A DNA stretch of 44,744 bases, counting the filler, from Streblomastix strix (lineage: Eukaryota): assembly GCA_008636045.1 (NCBI GenBank). It is 2 parts of 2 records of this genome, joined end to end, with 100 filler letters (N's around TTAATTAATTAA, not from the genome) between each part and the next. Parts side by side here need not be neighbours in the genome. Positions count along the whole stretch, not along the records: positions 1 to 22,334 come from SNRW01000325.1; positions 22,435 to 44,744 come from SNRW01000326.1. One strand, 5' to 3'. The notes below the pieces were generated by a model, which was not told the origin of the DNA, did not search any database, and saw only the letters and a list, made by a program, of their open reading frames with translations. This document shows positions 11,845-25,247 of this stretch, in pieces. Made by a program: the position numbers and the translations under genes. How positions within the stretch are numbered: position 1 is the stretch's first letter; each line of letters begins with the position of its first letter.

Positions 11845-13859
11845 TAGTAAGTCTCTTCCGACGTCTGCGACAGGTCCAGAAGGAAGGCGCCCACATTACC
11901 TGGTGGAAGTTTTTGATCCTTGTCTTTCATTCTCTATCCCATCTCCAGAATCTTTTCTGCTTATCCAAGGAAAAGGAATTTAATGGATAAATTCTTTAGT
12001 TTGGTGTACCACGATTGTCCCGGCCAAATCGATGCTATTACTATTCCCTACGCTTTGTCATATTTCATTTTCTATAATACTCTATTTAGAACTGGTATTA
12101 GTGGATGGATGTATAGTTTGACTTTACTCCATTTGTAATTGAATGCGTTATGGAAGTGTGTTCCCAGATCGTTAAGATCCACTGTTGCATAATTATTAAT
12201 TAGCTTATTATACTGCGTTGCGAATATGTCTATCTGTGGCATGTAATTCCATGTTTTGCAAATCATTTAAATCATTCCGTCCTTCAGTGAGTAGTCTCCC
12301 GATCTGAGTAATCTCGAGAGTGAATCTGTCGTTGAGTTTAGTTTTCCTGGGATGTGGATTGTTGTGATTTGTAATCTAAGTCTTTTCACTAGGTAAAATA
12401 CTTGCTTTATTCTTTCTATCAGGGATTCCTTCGCTTTCCATTTCCCAATATCGTAGACTGCTGTTGTGTTATCTGAACGTATCAAGACTGCCTGATCTTG
12501 TATCTTCTTGAAGACTTGCTCGAAACGGAGTAGCCCGTAGTAGATAGCTTTTATTTCTTTAGCGTTGCTTGTCATTTCTGCTTCCTTTTCGCTCCAACAG
12601 TCGTGCTATATTAATTCTATCTGGTTTTCGTGTGTCAGCGTCGCTCCCCAGCCCTATGGTGATGCATCTGTTGTTATCATGCATGTTATTGTTTTATTAA
12701 TCAGTGATTATGGTAGGTTATCCCATATTCTCCTTATCCACCATTTTAATTCCTTGATTACTATCCTATTTACTATCATTATTCCATCCCATGAATTTGT
12801 CTTTAACGCTTGCGTTTTAGCTTTGTCTAATTCTATTAGATACAGAGACGCTTCCTTTATTTGGGGTCTCAGGAAGTTCAATCTCCCTATCAGTGCTGCT
12901 AATTATCTTATCTTCACGTTCTTACTCTTATATATTGTGTTACACCAGTCTTTTAATACTTATATCATCTTTGATTTTCTCTCTTCCGACATTCTTATAT
13001 TCATCTCTCTAAGGTTCCATATCCATCCCAGGAATGTTATTACCTATTTCGGTTCTATCTCGCATTTGTCTGTTGAAATTGTCCATCCGAACTGTTCCAG
13101 TGTTTTCGTTATTTCCATTGTTTGCGTTTTAAGAATTTATTTATCTTGATGGATTAGAAGTATGTCGTCGCAATAATTCAGGATTTTAATCTCCGAATGT
13201 ATCCTTATCTATCTAAGGATTGATTATATTGCTTCTGCAAAGAAGATTCGGCTATATTTAGTCCCAAAAGGCATTGCTTTGTATGCGTAATTATTATTAT
13301 TAAAATTAAATGCTAGGTATGGTATTGAGTTTGGAGATACTGTGATGTGGTGAAGTGCTGATTTAAGATCGAGGGATGTTGCATAATCCATTTAGTTTGC
13401 TAGGTATTATACTTCTTCTAGACCATGCATTTTAAAGTGAAGTTTCTCTATTTCTTTGTTCAACTTACTCGCATCCAGAATCTTTCTCCATGTTCCATTG
13501 GGCTTCTTTATTAAGAATGTATGATTCCACCATTTCGCTTAGTTTTCTTGAATCGGTACTACTATTCCTTCTTTCAATTCTTCTTTCAACATTTCTTAAT
13601 ACACTTTCTTCTCTTCCTATGTTCCTCTAAATGGGATTATCATTTTATTTTCCTCTATTTTTTATTGACTATTCTAATCCTTAAATCTCAGATAAAATCC
13701 AGTATTTATAAATTCTCCTTTCCCTATTTGTTTCCATGTTTCTATAAATCTTTTAGTCCTTCCACCCATTCCATCTACTTTCTCTTAATATATTAATTCT
13801 CCAATCCTTTCCTCGCTCTCCTGAGGAGCCGTTATCATCAGCGCGCTCCTCTCTTCCAT
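11841..13859 (-). CDS. DIRS pol: reverse transcriptase - RNase H - Dam-like adenine methyltransferase (~672 aa, apparently intact with TAR=Q)
   Basis: KWWNHTFLIKKPNGTWRKILD, SLDLKSALHHI, AMPFGT, NYCDDILL, TFLGWIW (RT); TTDASPQGWG, SNAKEIKA, IRSDNTTAV, HIPGKLNSTTDSLSR (RNase H); IDIFATQYNK, NAFNYKW, LYIHPLIP, IWPGQSWY (MT). I found no internal TGA. Confidence 0.92.
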
Positions 13860-13912
13860 TCCAGAGGGAGATCTCAACGCTGATCTCCCTTGGTTGGAGT
13901 GTCCCTGCCCGA

Positions 13913-16900
13913 TCAGGGGCTATGCTCCTCTTCTCCCTCATTGTTTGAGTTTTTTGGTTCGGGTTTATCTTCTTCAACTGCTTTTTTGCCTCTTTTGGAC
14001 GCTGCTTTGGTTTTTGGGGCTTTGGAAGTTGTTTGAGCTTGGGCATTATTGCCCTAATTTACCTCAAAGGCATTCAAGCCTTCTGCATTTGACTTTTTAC
14101 TTCCCCTTCCCCACTTAGGCTTCTCCTGTACCCTAACTGGGGCAGGGCCTGTGTTATCTTTTTCCATTTAACTCAAAGCATTCAAGCCTTGGTTATTTTC
14201 TGGTTATGTACCCAGGTTCTCTTAAACTGGGGGCTATGAGTTCATGTTAACTCTATAGCCTTTATTTTGATTTAATGCTGCTTCATCGGTTTATTCATCT
14301 TCTTCCTCATCAGCATTATCATCATGACCTTCATTTATTTAAGGTTCTGTTCTTTCCCTTATACTGGCTGATATTGATCCCGCTTCCATTTGCCTCAGCC
14401 CTGCATTTATGCCTGGGCTCTCAGCGATTGGACTCGGTTACGAACCAGTTAGCTGTCCAACAGTTCCCTGAATATCAGGTATTTCAACATTCGCATCGTT
14501 GAGATCAATATTTTTTTATTGCTGAAGCTATTATTTCGCTTTAAGTTCTTATATCTCTCTCTGCTCTCTTTAATCTTTATCTAAGTCCAGATTTATGTTA
14601 AGGTTTCTATGTTGGAGTAACTGATAGTTATGATTGGATAACTGGTTTATCTTTGTTCATTCCTGTGTTAATCATTCTTGGTGCTGGTGAAATTATCCTT
14701 TGTTAGACTTTAGACCCAGTTGATTATTGTTGTTATTTTGTTGTTTGGTTGGAGGCTGACTACAGAATCATTTCTTATAATTACTTCTGGGCTGACCTGG
14801 GTGTTAAGTTATTGTTACTATCTATAGCTCCAATTAATTATTGCCACTCAATATCTGAGTCAGATATGCCCAATTATTCTTTTTCTTTCTATAATGCGGC
14901 GAGTCTTTCTTGGATAATTTCCTGTTTGCCGATGTCATCCTGATTCGGTGGTTAACCAATTCTCCCTTTCTACTTCGGTATCTGAGCTGGGGCTTGCTGT
15001 TTAGGCTGTACTTGTATCTATTATACTCTTTGAGTTTAATGGGTAGGCTATTTGGACTGCGGTGTTGATACCTGGTGTTATGGGACTTCATCTTCTGTCC
15101 AGGTTGACTCTCTGTCACTATGATTATCTGGTGGGTCTTTTGCATCTGTGTGCGTTTTGTCCAATCATCATTTGGGTTATCATCCCAGCCTTCTCCTCTA
15201 TTCTTATCCTCAAATTAGTGTGTCCTGTTCCAGTTTATAGGGTTCTTTGTTTTGTTAAAGGCCTGCTTTGTATATGGGTTGTATTTCTATGCTTCTCTGT
15301 ATCTTTCTTAATTCGATTAATCTCTATCTTGATAACTCTGTCCTCTTCCTTAATAACTATATCCTCTTCCCCTATATGTTCCTCGGCCTCTACCTCTTGA
15401 CTCATTTCTAGTCTCAAATCCATTATACATCTTATCAGCATCCGTTCTAGTTTCTCTTGGGTTTTCGTAATCTCTAGATCTTGAATAACCTCTTGAACCT
15501 GATCGTTCTCTTGATTCACTTCTTCTGTCTGGAGAGTCATATCTGGATCTCTTGCTGTGTGGTGATAAGGATCTATTCCTATGTCCTCCGAATCTATTTC
15601 TAAATTCTCGTCTTGTTGTTTTGGCTGGTTGTAATGTTTCTGAGTCGTCTTCTGAATCGTATTCTTTTCTCACACATGCTGTTCTCAAATCAAAGTTATG
15701 TTCTCTCCAGAACGCTCTGACATCATCCATAGAAGGTGTTTAGCCCTGTTATTTTGTTTTTCTTCAGTCTGTTGCATGTGGCACTCCTGGGCCAAATCCC
15801 GGCCAATACTATCCTTCATCATATTTGCCTACTAATGTTAAATCGAAACCTTTTAACATCCATCTACGCATGTGTTCTTTTATTGTCTCATTCGTTAGTA
15901 CGTTCGGAATTCCCGGGATTTCTTGTTCTGTATTCAATGCGGGGGGGAAATCGCTTACTGTGGTATCGCTGGATTTCTCTGCGCATATAGTCCATGGCCT
16001 GGCGGAGGCTAGTCTCGCGGTCCCGAGTTCGGAGGAGGCATATCATCTTGTATTCTTCTAATTTAGATTTCTCGGTTTTATCCCAGCGCTTAGTTCTCGT
16101 TCAAGTTCAGCATAGGTCTCATTTTTTGTTTCCAAATTGCTGATGGTGTTAGCTAACGGAATCTTTTCGTTTTAACCCTTGCTTTTCCAAGCTGCTAAAT
16201 TCCAAACAGTAAATTTGTAATTCCTATCGCATCTTTGTTCGCTGTATCCCTCCTGGCAATGACTTGTGCTCCCAGCATGTGCGATCCTGCTTCACTATTC
16301 AAGTGTGAGTTAATTGAATTCGCGGCTAGGTTAAAATAGTTCGCGTTGGTTCCGTTTTCGTTCCGCGCTCTCGCAAAATGCGTTCTCTCGGCTTCTCTTA
16401 AATTATGGATCATCTAGCTGAGTATGTCGATTGCTAAATTGTCTTCCTGTTATTCACACAAGTGTGCCAGCATTCCTTCGCCTATTCTAAAGTTGTAAAG
16501 CGCCAGTGCTTATTCGCTATGCAAAATCTTGTCAATCGGGCTGCGCTTCGCGTCTTGCACTTTATCTGGTACTGGTACCGTTGTCACAGGTCGTAGCGAT
16601 GGACACTGTATCTCCCTTCTCCGAGCCTCGCCATTCTGTTCGTCCAGGATATTCGTTGCCCAGAAATCAATTTCGTTCGCTTGCACGCCAGTCATCGCTT
16701 CCAAGACTTTCGCCATTAACGTTTGCGTTCTCTCACTAACCGCTTATCTTGTCGTAAGCTACCGTTCAATGTCCTATAGCGTCGGCTGCAGCTCCGCCTA
16801 AAGAAACTTTCCGATCTCGTCTCCCATCTCTGGTTGCTCAACTGCGGTCGCGACAGGTGTCTTTGTAGTGAACTTTGGTGTGTCGAAATTCACGAACAGT

Positions 16901-16941
16901 CCCGGCTCTGACGGTTCTGGTTTTATTGAATTCTTTGACAT
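13913..16941 (-). CDS. DIRS gag-like region (overlapping or frameshifted ORFs, RS/RG-rich tract)
   Basis: ATG at 16941 opens MSKNSIKPEPSEPGLF... to a TGA at 15934-15936. An overlapping -1 frame carries RSRYDSPDRRSESRERSGSRGYSRSRDY and RGRGRGTYRGRG. The region ends ...EGEEEHSP* just before pol. Called gag from position only. Confidence 0.65.
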
Positions 16942-17085
16942 ATTTGAAAAATGGTCACCTCATAGGTCGGATTCCCGTAAGTGAACCGACCGTATTGGAG
17001 CCACAATGGTATCTTAATAAAGAGGTGAGATAAGTAGAGAAGGGGGTAACCAATTATTATCCTCGTCTCCCTTGGAGACAAGGTA

Positions 17086-19858
17086 AAATAATATACAACA
17101 ACTTCACCATTATTGTGTGATTGCCATCAACTATTTGAAGTGATTCTTCTGGTCACTCCCCAAACAATGTTTACAATGGGTTGGACAATAAGAAAAAACG
17201 AAAAAAAATAGTTAAAAATAAATTGATAAATCTGGATTCGCAACAGGAGACCCAGCAGAAAAAAATGGACGAAATGTTGTTTGAGAAAATGTAAAGGGGG
17301 GAGAAGAGTGCTATCAACAGAAACTCCCCATAAACAAATGGTGTGTAAGAGTAAAAACCAAAATAAATAACTACGTAGTTAAGCATAGAAGTTTTCTCAT
17401 TGAGCAAAAATGATTAAAATTTAGTTAAAGTACGTTAATTACGCAAAATTATGTTAAATATTAAAGTAAAAATTGATTAAAGACTATATTTTGAATTACT
17501 TATTGTTAAATAAAATCGCTAATAAATAAAAAATATCTTTATTTCTTGTAACAAATTCTACGAGCGGACTACGTGAGCATATTCTCTCTTAAATGATTGC
17601 TGGCATATCATGCCCATTTGCATATTAAATATCATTGTCAACAATTCACCTATTTACTTATAAAAGTTATATAATGGCATTTCCCGGAGATTCATAAAAT
17701 TTATGTATTAAATGAAAATATGTGATACATAGAATGCAGTGATAGATTCATAAACGCCACAAAGGGTTGGCACTAAAGTAAAAAACGATATGAATATATT
17801 TCTATAGAGTTTGAAATTGATGGGTGTGACCAAGACGAAGTTGTTGTATATTATTTTACATCCTCTAATCACCAATAATCCAACTTTGGCAATTGATGAG
17901 TATATATATTAAATCAACTTCACCTTTATTGAGTACTTGAAATTCGATTACATTCCACGAGGCCGTGAGTATCAGATAGTTTCTCTGCAATTTTTTTTAT
18001 CTTTTAATCTCTCTGCAAAAATATATTGATCATTTGTTGATTTCGAGTTCCTTGCATGTCCTGTATATATGTTTAATAACGATTCGTCCAGACCCATTAC
18101 TACTAATTACATTGCTGTTGAATGTTTAAAAGAATATACTTGTTTCCATTTTATAACCATCACATCTAGTAACTTCTTTAATCTTAGTCAGATCTGGTCT
18201 ATTTTGGCTAGTATATTCATGTCTCCATTCTGCCATAATTCTCAGTATGTATTATCCCTGATGGTTCGACCGTATTTATTATCAATTTTTTTCAACCAAT
18301 CAAAAATTGTTACTCTTGGACATATAATTTAATTACGTGATTTTCGGAAATTTGTGTGTGTGTAGCCTAGACTTTGTTTTACGTTGAAATCTCAAGTCTA
18401 CTTTGTTGATTTTCTCTCAAATTACTGAATATCTTAGATATAATCCTTCGATTTCGGCTGGTAACATTAAACATATAGTCATAAAACGTGAAACGAGTTT
18501 GGTCCATATTTCAATATTCGTAAAATTTCTGTTCCATCAATTTCTTTTCCAATAGTCATATGGTATTCCCAAGTTCTAAATATCTTCATATTTCGGATTA
18601 GCAATCGGATATGCTTAGATTACTTTCCTAGTGAATTGTAACATATATTATTCTTTAAATCTATGTGGAATGTGAGTAAGGGCATTGAGGAAAGTCCATT
18701 AAGAAACTGAAGCGTTGAACTTGCTGAAGTGTTTACTGAAGTGAATTAAGCTTGTACCTCTGTTATAATGATGTGTAGTTTCATTAATATTAAATCAAGT
18801 ATTGTATAGTGATTGATTTGGGTCCATTTCTTAAGTTTTTCCATTGAATAGTAGTATCTTCTTTAAGTATTGTATCTTTGTTCATATAAAATCATGTTTA
18901 TTGCTCTCTTGGATAAATTTAATATTGATAAAATTTTTCTTGCGAATTTACTTCTTTTCCTGGCCTTCGGTCGATCAAGAAACAACATATCTTTCCTGGA
19001 GGGAGTTTCAAATTCTTCTTAATTAACGATGTTCCTGGTTCCAGAATTTCGTTGCCCCAGCCAAGCATAAGGGATTGAGCATTCTAGTTTACCAGTTCTG
19101 TGCACAATATCTGGCCTGGCCATAGTGGAGCTATTACCATTGCTTCAATCTGCTCTTCTTTGATCTTCTTCAGAACTGCTGGAAGGAGAGGGATAGTTGG
19201 ATGAATCCATGGAAGTTCCTTATCCTATGTCTGATTGAGAGCATCGATTGCTATTTCTCTGTGTCTTCTTATTGTTGACATGAATTTTAGCAGTAGATTT
19301 TTGAAGTGCTGTAAGAATAAGTCTATTGTTGGGTTCACGTTCATCTAAAGACATATCTGTTGAAAAATCTTCTCATTTAATTTTTAGTCTCCTGCTCTTG
19401 ATAGTCTACTTAGTGTGTCTGCTAGTTCGTTTCAAACTCTTAGGAGGTGAGTAATATGTATCTAAATTCCTAGCTTTTCTATTGTTTAGTGTACTCGTGT
19501 TATTTTCTTTATTAATGATATTGAAGCTCTCCATTTCCTAATGTTGAAAACTGCTGTACCATTATCGCTTCAAATTGCTAGGGATTGAACTCACGAATTC
19601 TTTAGGACTTTAGCGAAACTTCGTAAGCCTTAAGTTATAGCTTCAATTTCCTTGTTGTTTCTTGTTAACTTCGATTATCTTTTATTCCAAGTTCCATGAG
19701 CCATTGCTATCATTTCCAGTTCCCTCTCTATTGTTGAACCCCATCCACTGGGTGCCGAATCCTTTGTTATTATTATTTGTGGTGTTATCTGAACAAACAA
19801 CGCTGGAACGTTCGCTCTGAGTTTAGCTATCCACCAATTTATATCTGGATTTGCTCTC
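17086..19858 (-). mobile_element. Degenerate 5'-truncated DIRS element C (RNase H, MT, YR, ICR); its outermost ~13 bp lie at 9884-9896
   Basis: KDSAPSGWGST, AI*SDN, LADTLSRL (RNase H); IDLFL...PWIHPTIPLL...APLWPGQ (MT); LPAEIEGL, VYSFKHS, IYTGHARNSKST (YR). The ICR at 17837-17932 matches 17083-17115 and 9884-9896. Confidence 0.85.
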
Positions 19859-21398
19859 ATTTATTACAATATTTATTTAATCGCGATTAAAATGAATTTT
19901 AAAATTGAAAATAATTAGATGAGGATTTTTGTAGCTAAAGAATTATAATATTTATTATATAAAATGAAAGTGATAATATAAAAAAAATTAAGTTAATATA
20001 TGATGACTAACGAAATATTTAATTATATCATAAATGATGGAAAACATTAAAAAGTTATTTAATCTTGTTTTTGATTAAAATTTTGTAAAAAGATTTGTAA
20101 ATTATTTTGATTTTTAATACGTATTGATAGTTTTAATAATTTTAAAATTTAAATATAATAATAATAAAAATTGCAGCACCAGTATAATTTCAATTGCATT
20201 TTAATATTTTCAAAAAAAATTTCTGCTCTTGTCTAGTTATATCTTGAATAAACCAATCATTATTTTAAAATTATTATAGAATTTTATTTAATAATTCAGC
20301 TTCATTGCACCTGGATATGAATTACCTAAATGCATCATCGATTTCTGTTTCCCAGAAGCACATATTAAATCAAGAAATACGGAAAGGTTTGTTGAATGAG
20401 TTTATATAATATAACGTCAAAGTTATATACTGACTCTTGAATATAATTTTTTAAATAATTAACAGTTTTTCATCCAAACAAATTAAAATTTAATAAATAA
20501 AGTGGTTACTGGAGTAAGTATAACCCTCCCAATACATTAGAACCAAGTTTCCATATTTGTTTCTGCTTATTAACTGAAAAGTATTAAATTGAAATGATAT
20601 ATTTTAATTTCTTTTATATTTCTTATTTTTATTCTTTCTTTTATCTTTATTTCATTTAGTGATTGGATATCACTATTTATTCAGTGCATAATAATTCTTC
20701 AATAAGTATTTATTTCAAAAAAATAGTTTTTATATTCAGAAAATTGTTCATAGTCAGATCTACCAAAGAATTGTGGGAAATTTTTGTTACAATTTATAAT
20801 TGCTATAGTTTGCATGATATAAATGATAATAGTATTAATTCAAACTAATTATTTTTACAAAGAAAATAGTAAATTTAATAAAATAATAATAACAATGAAT
20901 TGTAATATGTATTTACGTTAACGATTCAGAATTAAAAACGTTTTTATAACTTTGACATAATCTTTATTAGATTTAAAATAGTCAAAATTCAATAAATAAG
21001 CAAATTTCAAACAATTTTTACACAAACGAGAAGTTAAAATCGTATCTTTTCAACTTTGATTCTACATTTCTTTCGTCTTATATTGATGAAATATATTCTT
21101 CAAATGGAACAAATAGACAAAAATTTGATGAAAGAGTAGAAAGCAATGATGATGAAGAAGAACTGATGGAACATAAAAAGAAATAAATAAGAAAAAAGTT
21201 AAGAAGAAAAAGAAATAAATATAATGAAGATGATTAAGAACAATAAAAAGATAACTTGGATTAAGAAGATGTGAAAGAGAAATAGGCATAATAGTTTGAT
21301 TATGGAAAGTCATTGAAACAAGAAGAAATAATGGATATTGGGGCCATTAAACAAAATAATAACAAAATAAAAGAAATAAGAAAGTGAAAGATGAATTT

Positions 21399-21812
21399 AG
21401 ATGTTTCCATTCACAAACAACCCACCACTTTTTTTAATTTTAAAAAATTTTAAAAAAATTTATGAACAAAAATTGGAGTTGCAAACATTAAGATTTGCAT
21501 CCTCTGAAAAATTAAGCAAAAAATATATTCATTTTTTCAATCCCAAAAAGCAAATCTTATTATTAAATTTTTAATTTTAAATACTTTTTAAAATTTTTTC
21601 AGGTAAATTGAAGGATAAAACTATATTTTCAGCGGCACACATTCATGAAAACCGAAATTTTATTAATTTTTTGTTTTTTCCGCCTTATTCATACTCAATT
21701 ACTAATTTTATGGAAAATGTTTTATTTATATTTATGCTTATTGGCGAAATTTCAATTAAATTTTTTTTAAATACGTGTACTATTTTTGAAATAAATTAAA
21801 TTGATTAATTGT
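21399..21812 (+). repeat. Diverged partial copy of the non-autonomous element at 27208-28023
   Basis: Colinear similarity over ~410 bp to 27208-27668, for example aaaaattggagttgcaaa[c/t]attaagatttgcatcctctgaaaa. Confidence 0.85.
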
Positions 21813-22334
21813 AAATGGTAAGAAATGATAATATCAAAGAAAACATAAATATAATTGAATAAAATTAATTAAATTTGAATAATTTTAAAGATAAATTCAA
21901 TATAAAAATATCTAAATAATAATAATAATTTACATCTATATAAATACGGAAAGAGATGATGAAAGAAGGTGAAAATACCTTTTTTATTGATACAAAAGAT
22001 TTTGCATTTATTGGTAAAGAGATTAATGATGAAGAAGAGAAAAAAGATGATGATGAAGAATAAAAGGATATTGATGATAATAATAATATTTTAATTTATT
22101 CTGAATTTTAAATCTTCAACTTGTCAGTAAAATCTCTTCTCATTAATCATTAACTTTCATTTATCTCATCAATTAAGATTCCAGTAGTAAGCAAAAGAAA
22201 CTCACCGCCCTATGGAATTATAACTTAAAAATAACGGAAAAAAAATAGTGGATTAAATTATTCGAAATGAAAAATGAAAATAATGTATCAGTAAAATGAA
22301 TGAAAAATAAATAATAAGAAGGATTTTTGGATAG

Positions 22335-22434
22335 NNNNNNNNNNNNNNNNNNNNNNNNNNNNNNNNNNNNNNNNNNNNTTAATTAATTAANNNNNNNNNN
22401 NNNNNNNNNNNNNNNNNNNNNNNNNNNNNNNNNN
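22335..22434. other. Artificial scaffold/concatenation linker (44 N + TTAATTAATTAA + 44 N)
   Basis: An exact 100-nt symmetric spacer with a six-frame standard-code stop 12-mer. Confidence 0.95.
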
Positions 22435-25247
22435 ACCCAACTGAAAAAATTTTAGTAAAAAAAAAAAAAAATTATATATCTTGAATTAGGTCTGTGCAAA
22501 TGTGGAAATTGTTAAATTTCAGTGACAAATAGATTTTTTTCAATGGCTAATAATAATATAGGTAGGGCATCAATCGGTGTTTTCAGAAAAAATTGAAAAT
22601 TAAAAAAATTATTGTCTAGTCATCATGTGTTTTTCATAGTTTGTATGAAATTAATCGTGCACAAAACATGTTAAAGTGAAATTCACTCGTAAATAAGCCG
22701 TGGAAGCCAAAATTTTCGAGTTTATTTTCATTTTTTTAATTTTGTGTGTTTTTGACCCATAAAATGCGCTGAATTATCAAATAAAGTAAATAAAGGAAAG
22801 TAAAATAATATTATTAAATGAAATGTAATGAAATTATAAAATAATAATTCAATTTAAGTGCGCAAGTGCTAATTTAGTATATTTTGGTAAATATCTCAGA
22901 AGTTCACATAAGTTATTATTATTGTTTTTTATTAATGCAAATCCAAGCTAATATACTAAAAAAATATAAAAGGATACTCGCCAACGTAATAAAAGTTAAA
23001 CTTTGCCAAAACAATTATATTATATTAAAATAAGTAAGTATTATGCTATATTATTAGTATAAATTTAGTGTTGTTAAAATTCGTTAATTTTGTTCGTAAA
23101 GCTTTATTTTTATGCGAGAAATCCGGCAAAATATTAAAATTAATTAAAAAAAATAATAAATAGAATTTTTATGATTGAGTAAACTAATTAGTAATATTTG
23201 ATAATAAAAAATTAAATAATTAATCAATTTTAATACATTATTATAAATGTAACATATATTTATAATCAAACTATGAAGTTTAAGATTTTTTTTATAAAAA
23301 TGGAGAAAATACGTTTGATTTACATATAAAAAAATAATTTTATAATCGTATAGATAAATTATGCTTATATTTGTACTATTCATTAAAATTAAATGAAAAT
23401 ATTTAAATTGGTTATGTGTACCAATAGTTAATTACAAATTGAGATGGAAACATCAAATGATTATTTTTTTATCAGCATTTAAATGATAAAAATATTATAT
23501 TTTTAAAATTTATCAAAATTATTGAAATTATTATATATAAATATAAATATGACGTAATATTAAAATATCACTGCTTCGATTAGATTGAAACAAAAATGAA
23601 AAATAGGAAAAATTATTTTTTCTTTCGAGAACAATATCAATTAATGCTAAAAAAATTATTTGACGAGAATGAACACTTTTATGCATATACTCAAATTTTT
23701 GAATATATATTACTGAACAAATGTTGAGAAATTTGTGTATTTCGTCATTCAATTAAATCTTGAAGGAAAATTTCCTCTGATAGTGTTAAAAGCTGCCGGT
23801 TAAAATTTCCAAAAACCATTTAATATTTATATTTCATCTAATTTTATCTGGAAAATTATGTATATTTAAAAAGTCTAATCATCCTGAAGATGATAGATAT
23901 TTGAAATTGATGATTTTTTGAATTTTGATCGATAATCAAAACATTTCGTTTGATTTTCCCAATAATTTACATAATTGTAACTTTATATTTAATATATTTA
24001 TTATCTCAATAATAATTATTAAAATTGAATCAAATAAAAATATTATTTTTAAAAAAAATAAGTAAATTTTTTACAAAACTTACCAATTGTATGCAAGTTT
24101 CTAAAAATTAATTTTAAATTAAAAATTTTTATTATTTAAAAAAAATTTAAATTATTTTTATAAATTTACTAAGAATAGTAAAATTTCATTACAAAACTTA
24201 ATGAGTAGATTTTATTTTATTTTTAATAATTTTTAATATTTCACTGAAATAAATATTTTGCGAAATATAAAACTAATAAATTAATTGCTGTGTGGTAATA
24301 AATCGATTTTATTTTTTGTGAAAAAACAGATTTTTGAATTCAATATTTTATTATGAAAAGATGCATTTTAATACAATTGAAGTAAAATTATGTTGAATCA
24401 TAAAAATTCATTTATTTTTGAAAGCTATTCGCAGAGAATTAGCTAATCTACTATTTAAAAAAATTTCATGAAATCGAACACACAAATAATTCTTAGATAA
24501 ACTATTTATTGATATTTTTAATATAAAATAATTAATTGTTATTATTAAAATAAATAAACATAGTATAAAAATTATTATAAGACGAGAAAAATAAAAAATG
24601 AATTGCAGTCCAGCTCCTACATTTATGATAATGCAAAAATTATTCAAACATAAATAAATATATCCTAAATATCTTTGTAACGAATATTATGAAGTATTGA
24701 ATATGTTATATTCACAATAGCTACTCAAATTTCTAAAGAATTAAACTTGCAATGATTTTCGGACGGTTTATACCTTATTTCAACAATAAAATTTACCTTA
24801 AAATAACTTTTTTTTGTTTAAATATTATCATTTAAATAAAATATTCATATAAAATACTTTGAAAATCTTTATTCTATTCGACATTAAGTTTCTAAATAAT
24901 TTTCTACAATTTCGACCGAACTAAGAATATTTATTTATTTTCTTCTTCACAAAATATTTATATTGATTATATGTTCTGAATGTTCAAATTTAAACTAAAT
25001 TTATACAATAAGTTTGTCAAAGTAATTTACTTGCAAAAAATAATGATAAAATCTTTTGCGATATTTTGAGATGTTTACCAAAAAATAATTTCTAAATTCG
25101 ATTCTAATGTACGATCGCATTGCTCGATCAGATCTGATCGGATCGCAAAACTTCTCAAATTTTTTTTAAAATTTTTTTATTTTCGATCCGATCTTGATCT
25201 TGATCTTAATCCGATCAAACCGTTAAAAATATTTTTTTGAAAAATAA

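Larger units (their letters stand above)
9894..17086 (-). mobile_element. Full-length DIRS1-type retrotransposon B (~7.2 kb)
   Basis: ~80-bp inverted terminal repeats (9921-10000 vs 16953-17033). ICR at 10742-10856 is complementary to both outer ends. Contains gag, an intact pol and YR. Confidence 0.95.

Noticed and set aside
12565..13149. 194-aa + strand ORF and similar antisense ORFs over DIRS genes
   Set aside because: Shadow frames opposite the motif-bearing pol and YR genes.
11841..13859. Bacterial retron, DGR or group II intron RT system
   Set aside because: The RT is fused to RNase H and MT, is paired with YR, and has ITR/ICR termini, which is diagnostic of eukaryotic DIRS1 elements.
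20190..20600. Possible minus-strand host gene fragment (...FNMCFWETEIDDAFRQF...)
   Set aside because: Short, interrupted, and without a recognisable motif or clear start.
21060..22080. K/E/D-rich coding-like stretches on the + strand
   Set aside because: Low complexity, with no sustained frame or motif.
22435..25100. Short ORFs listed in the ORF track
   Set aside because: I/F/L/N/K-rich translations expected by chance from very AT-rich non-coding DNA.
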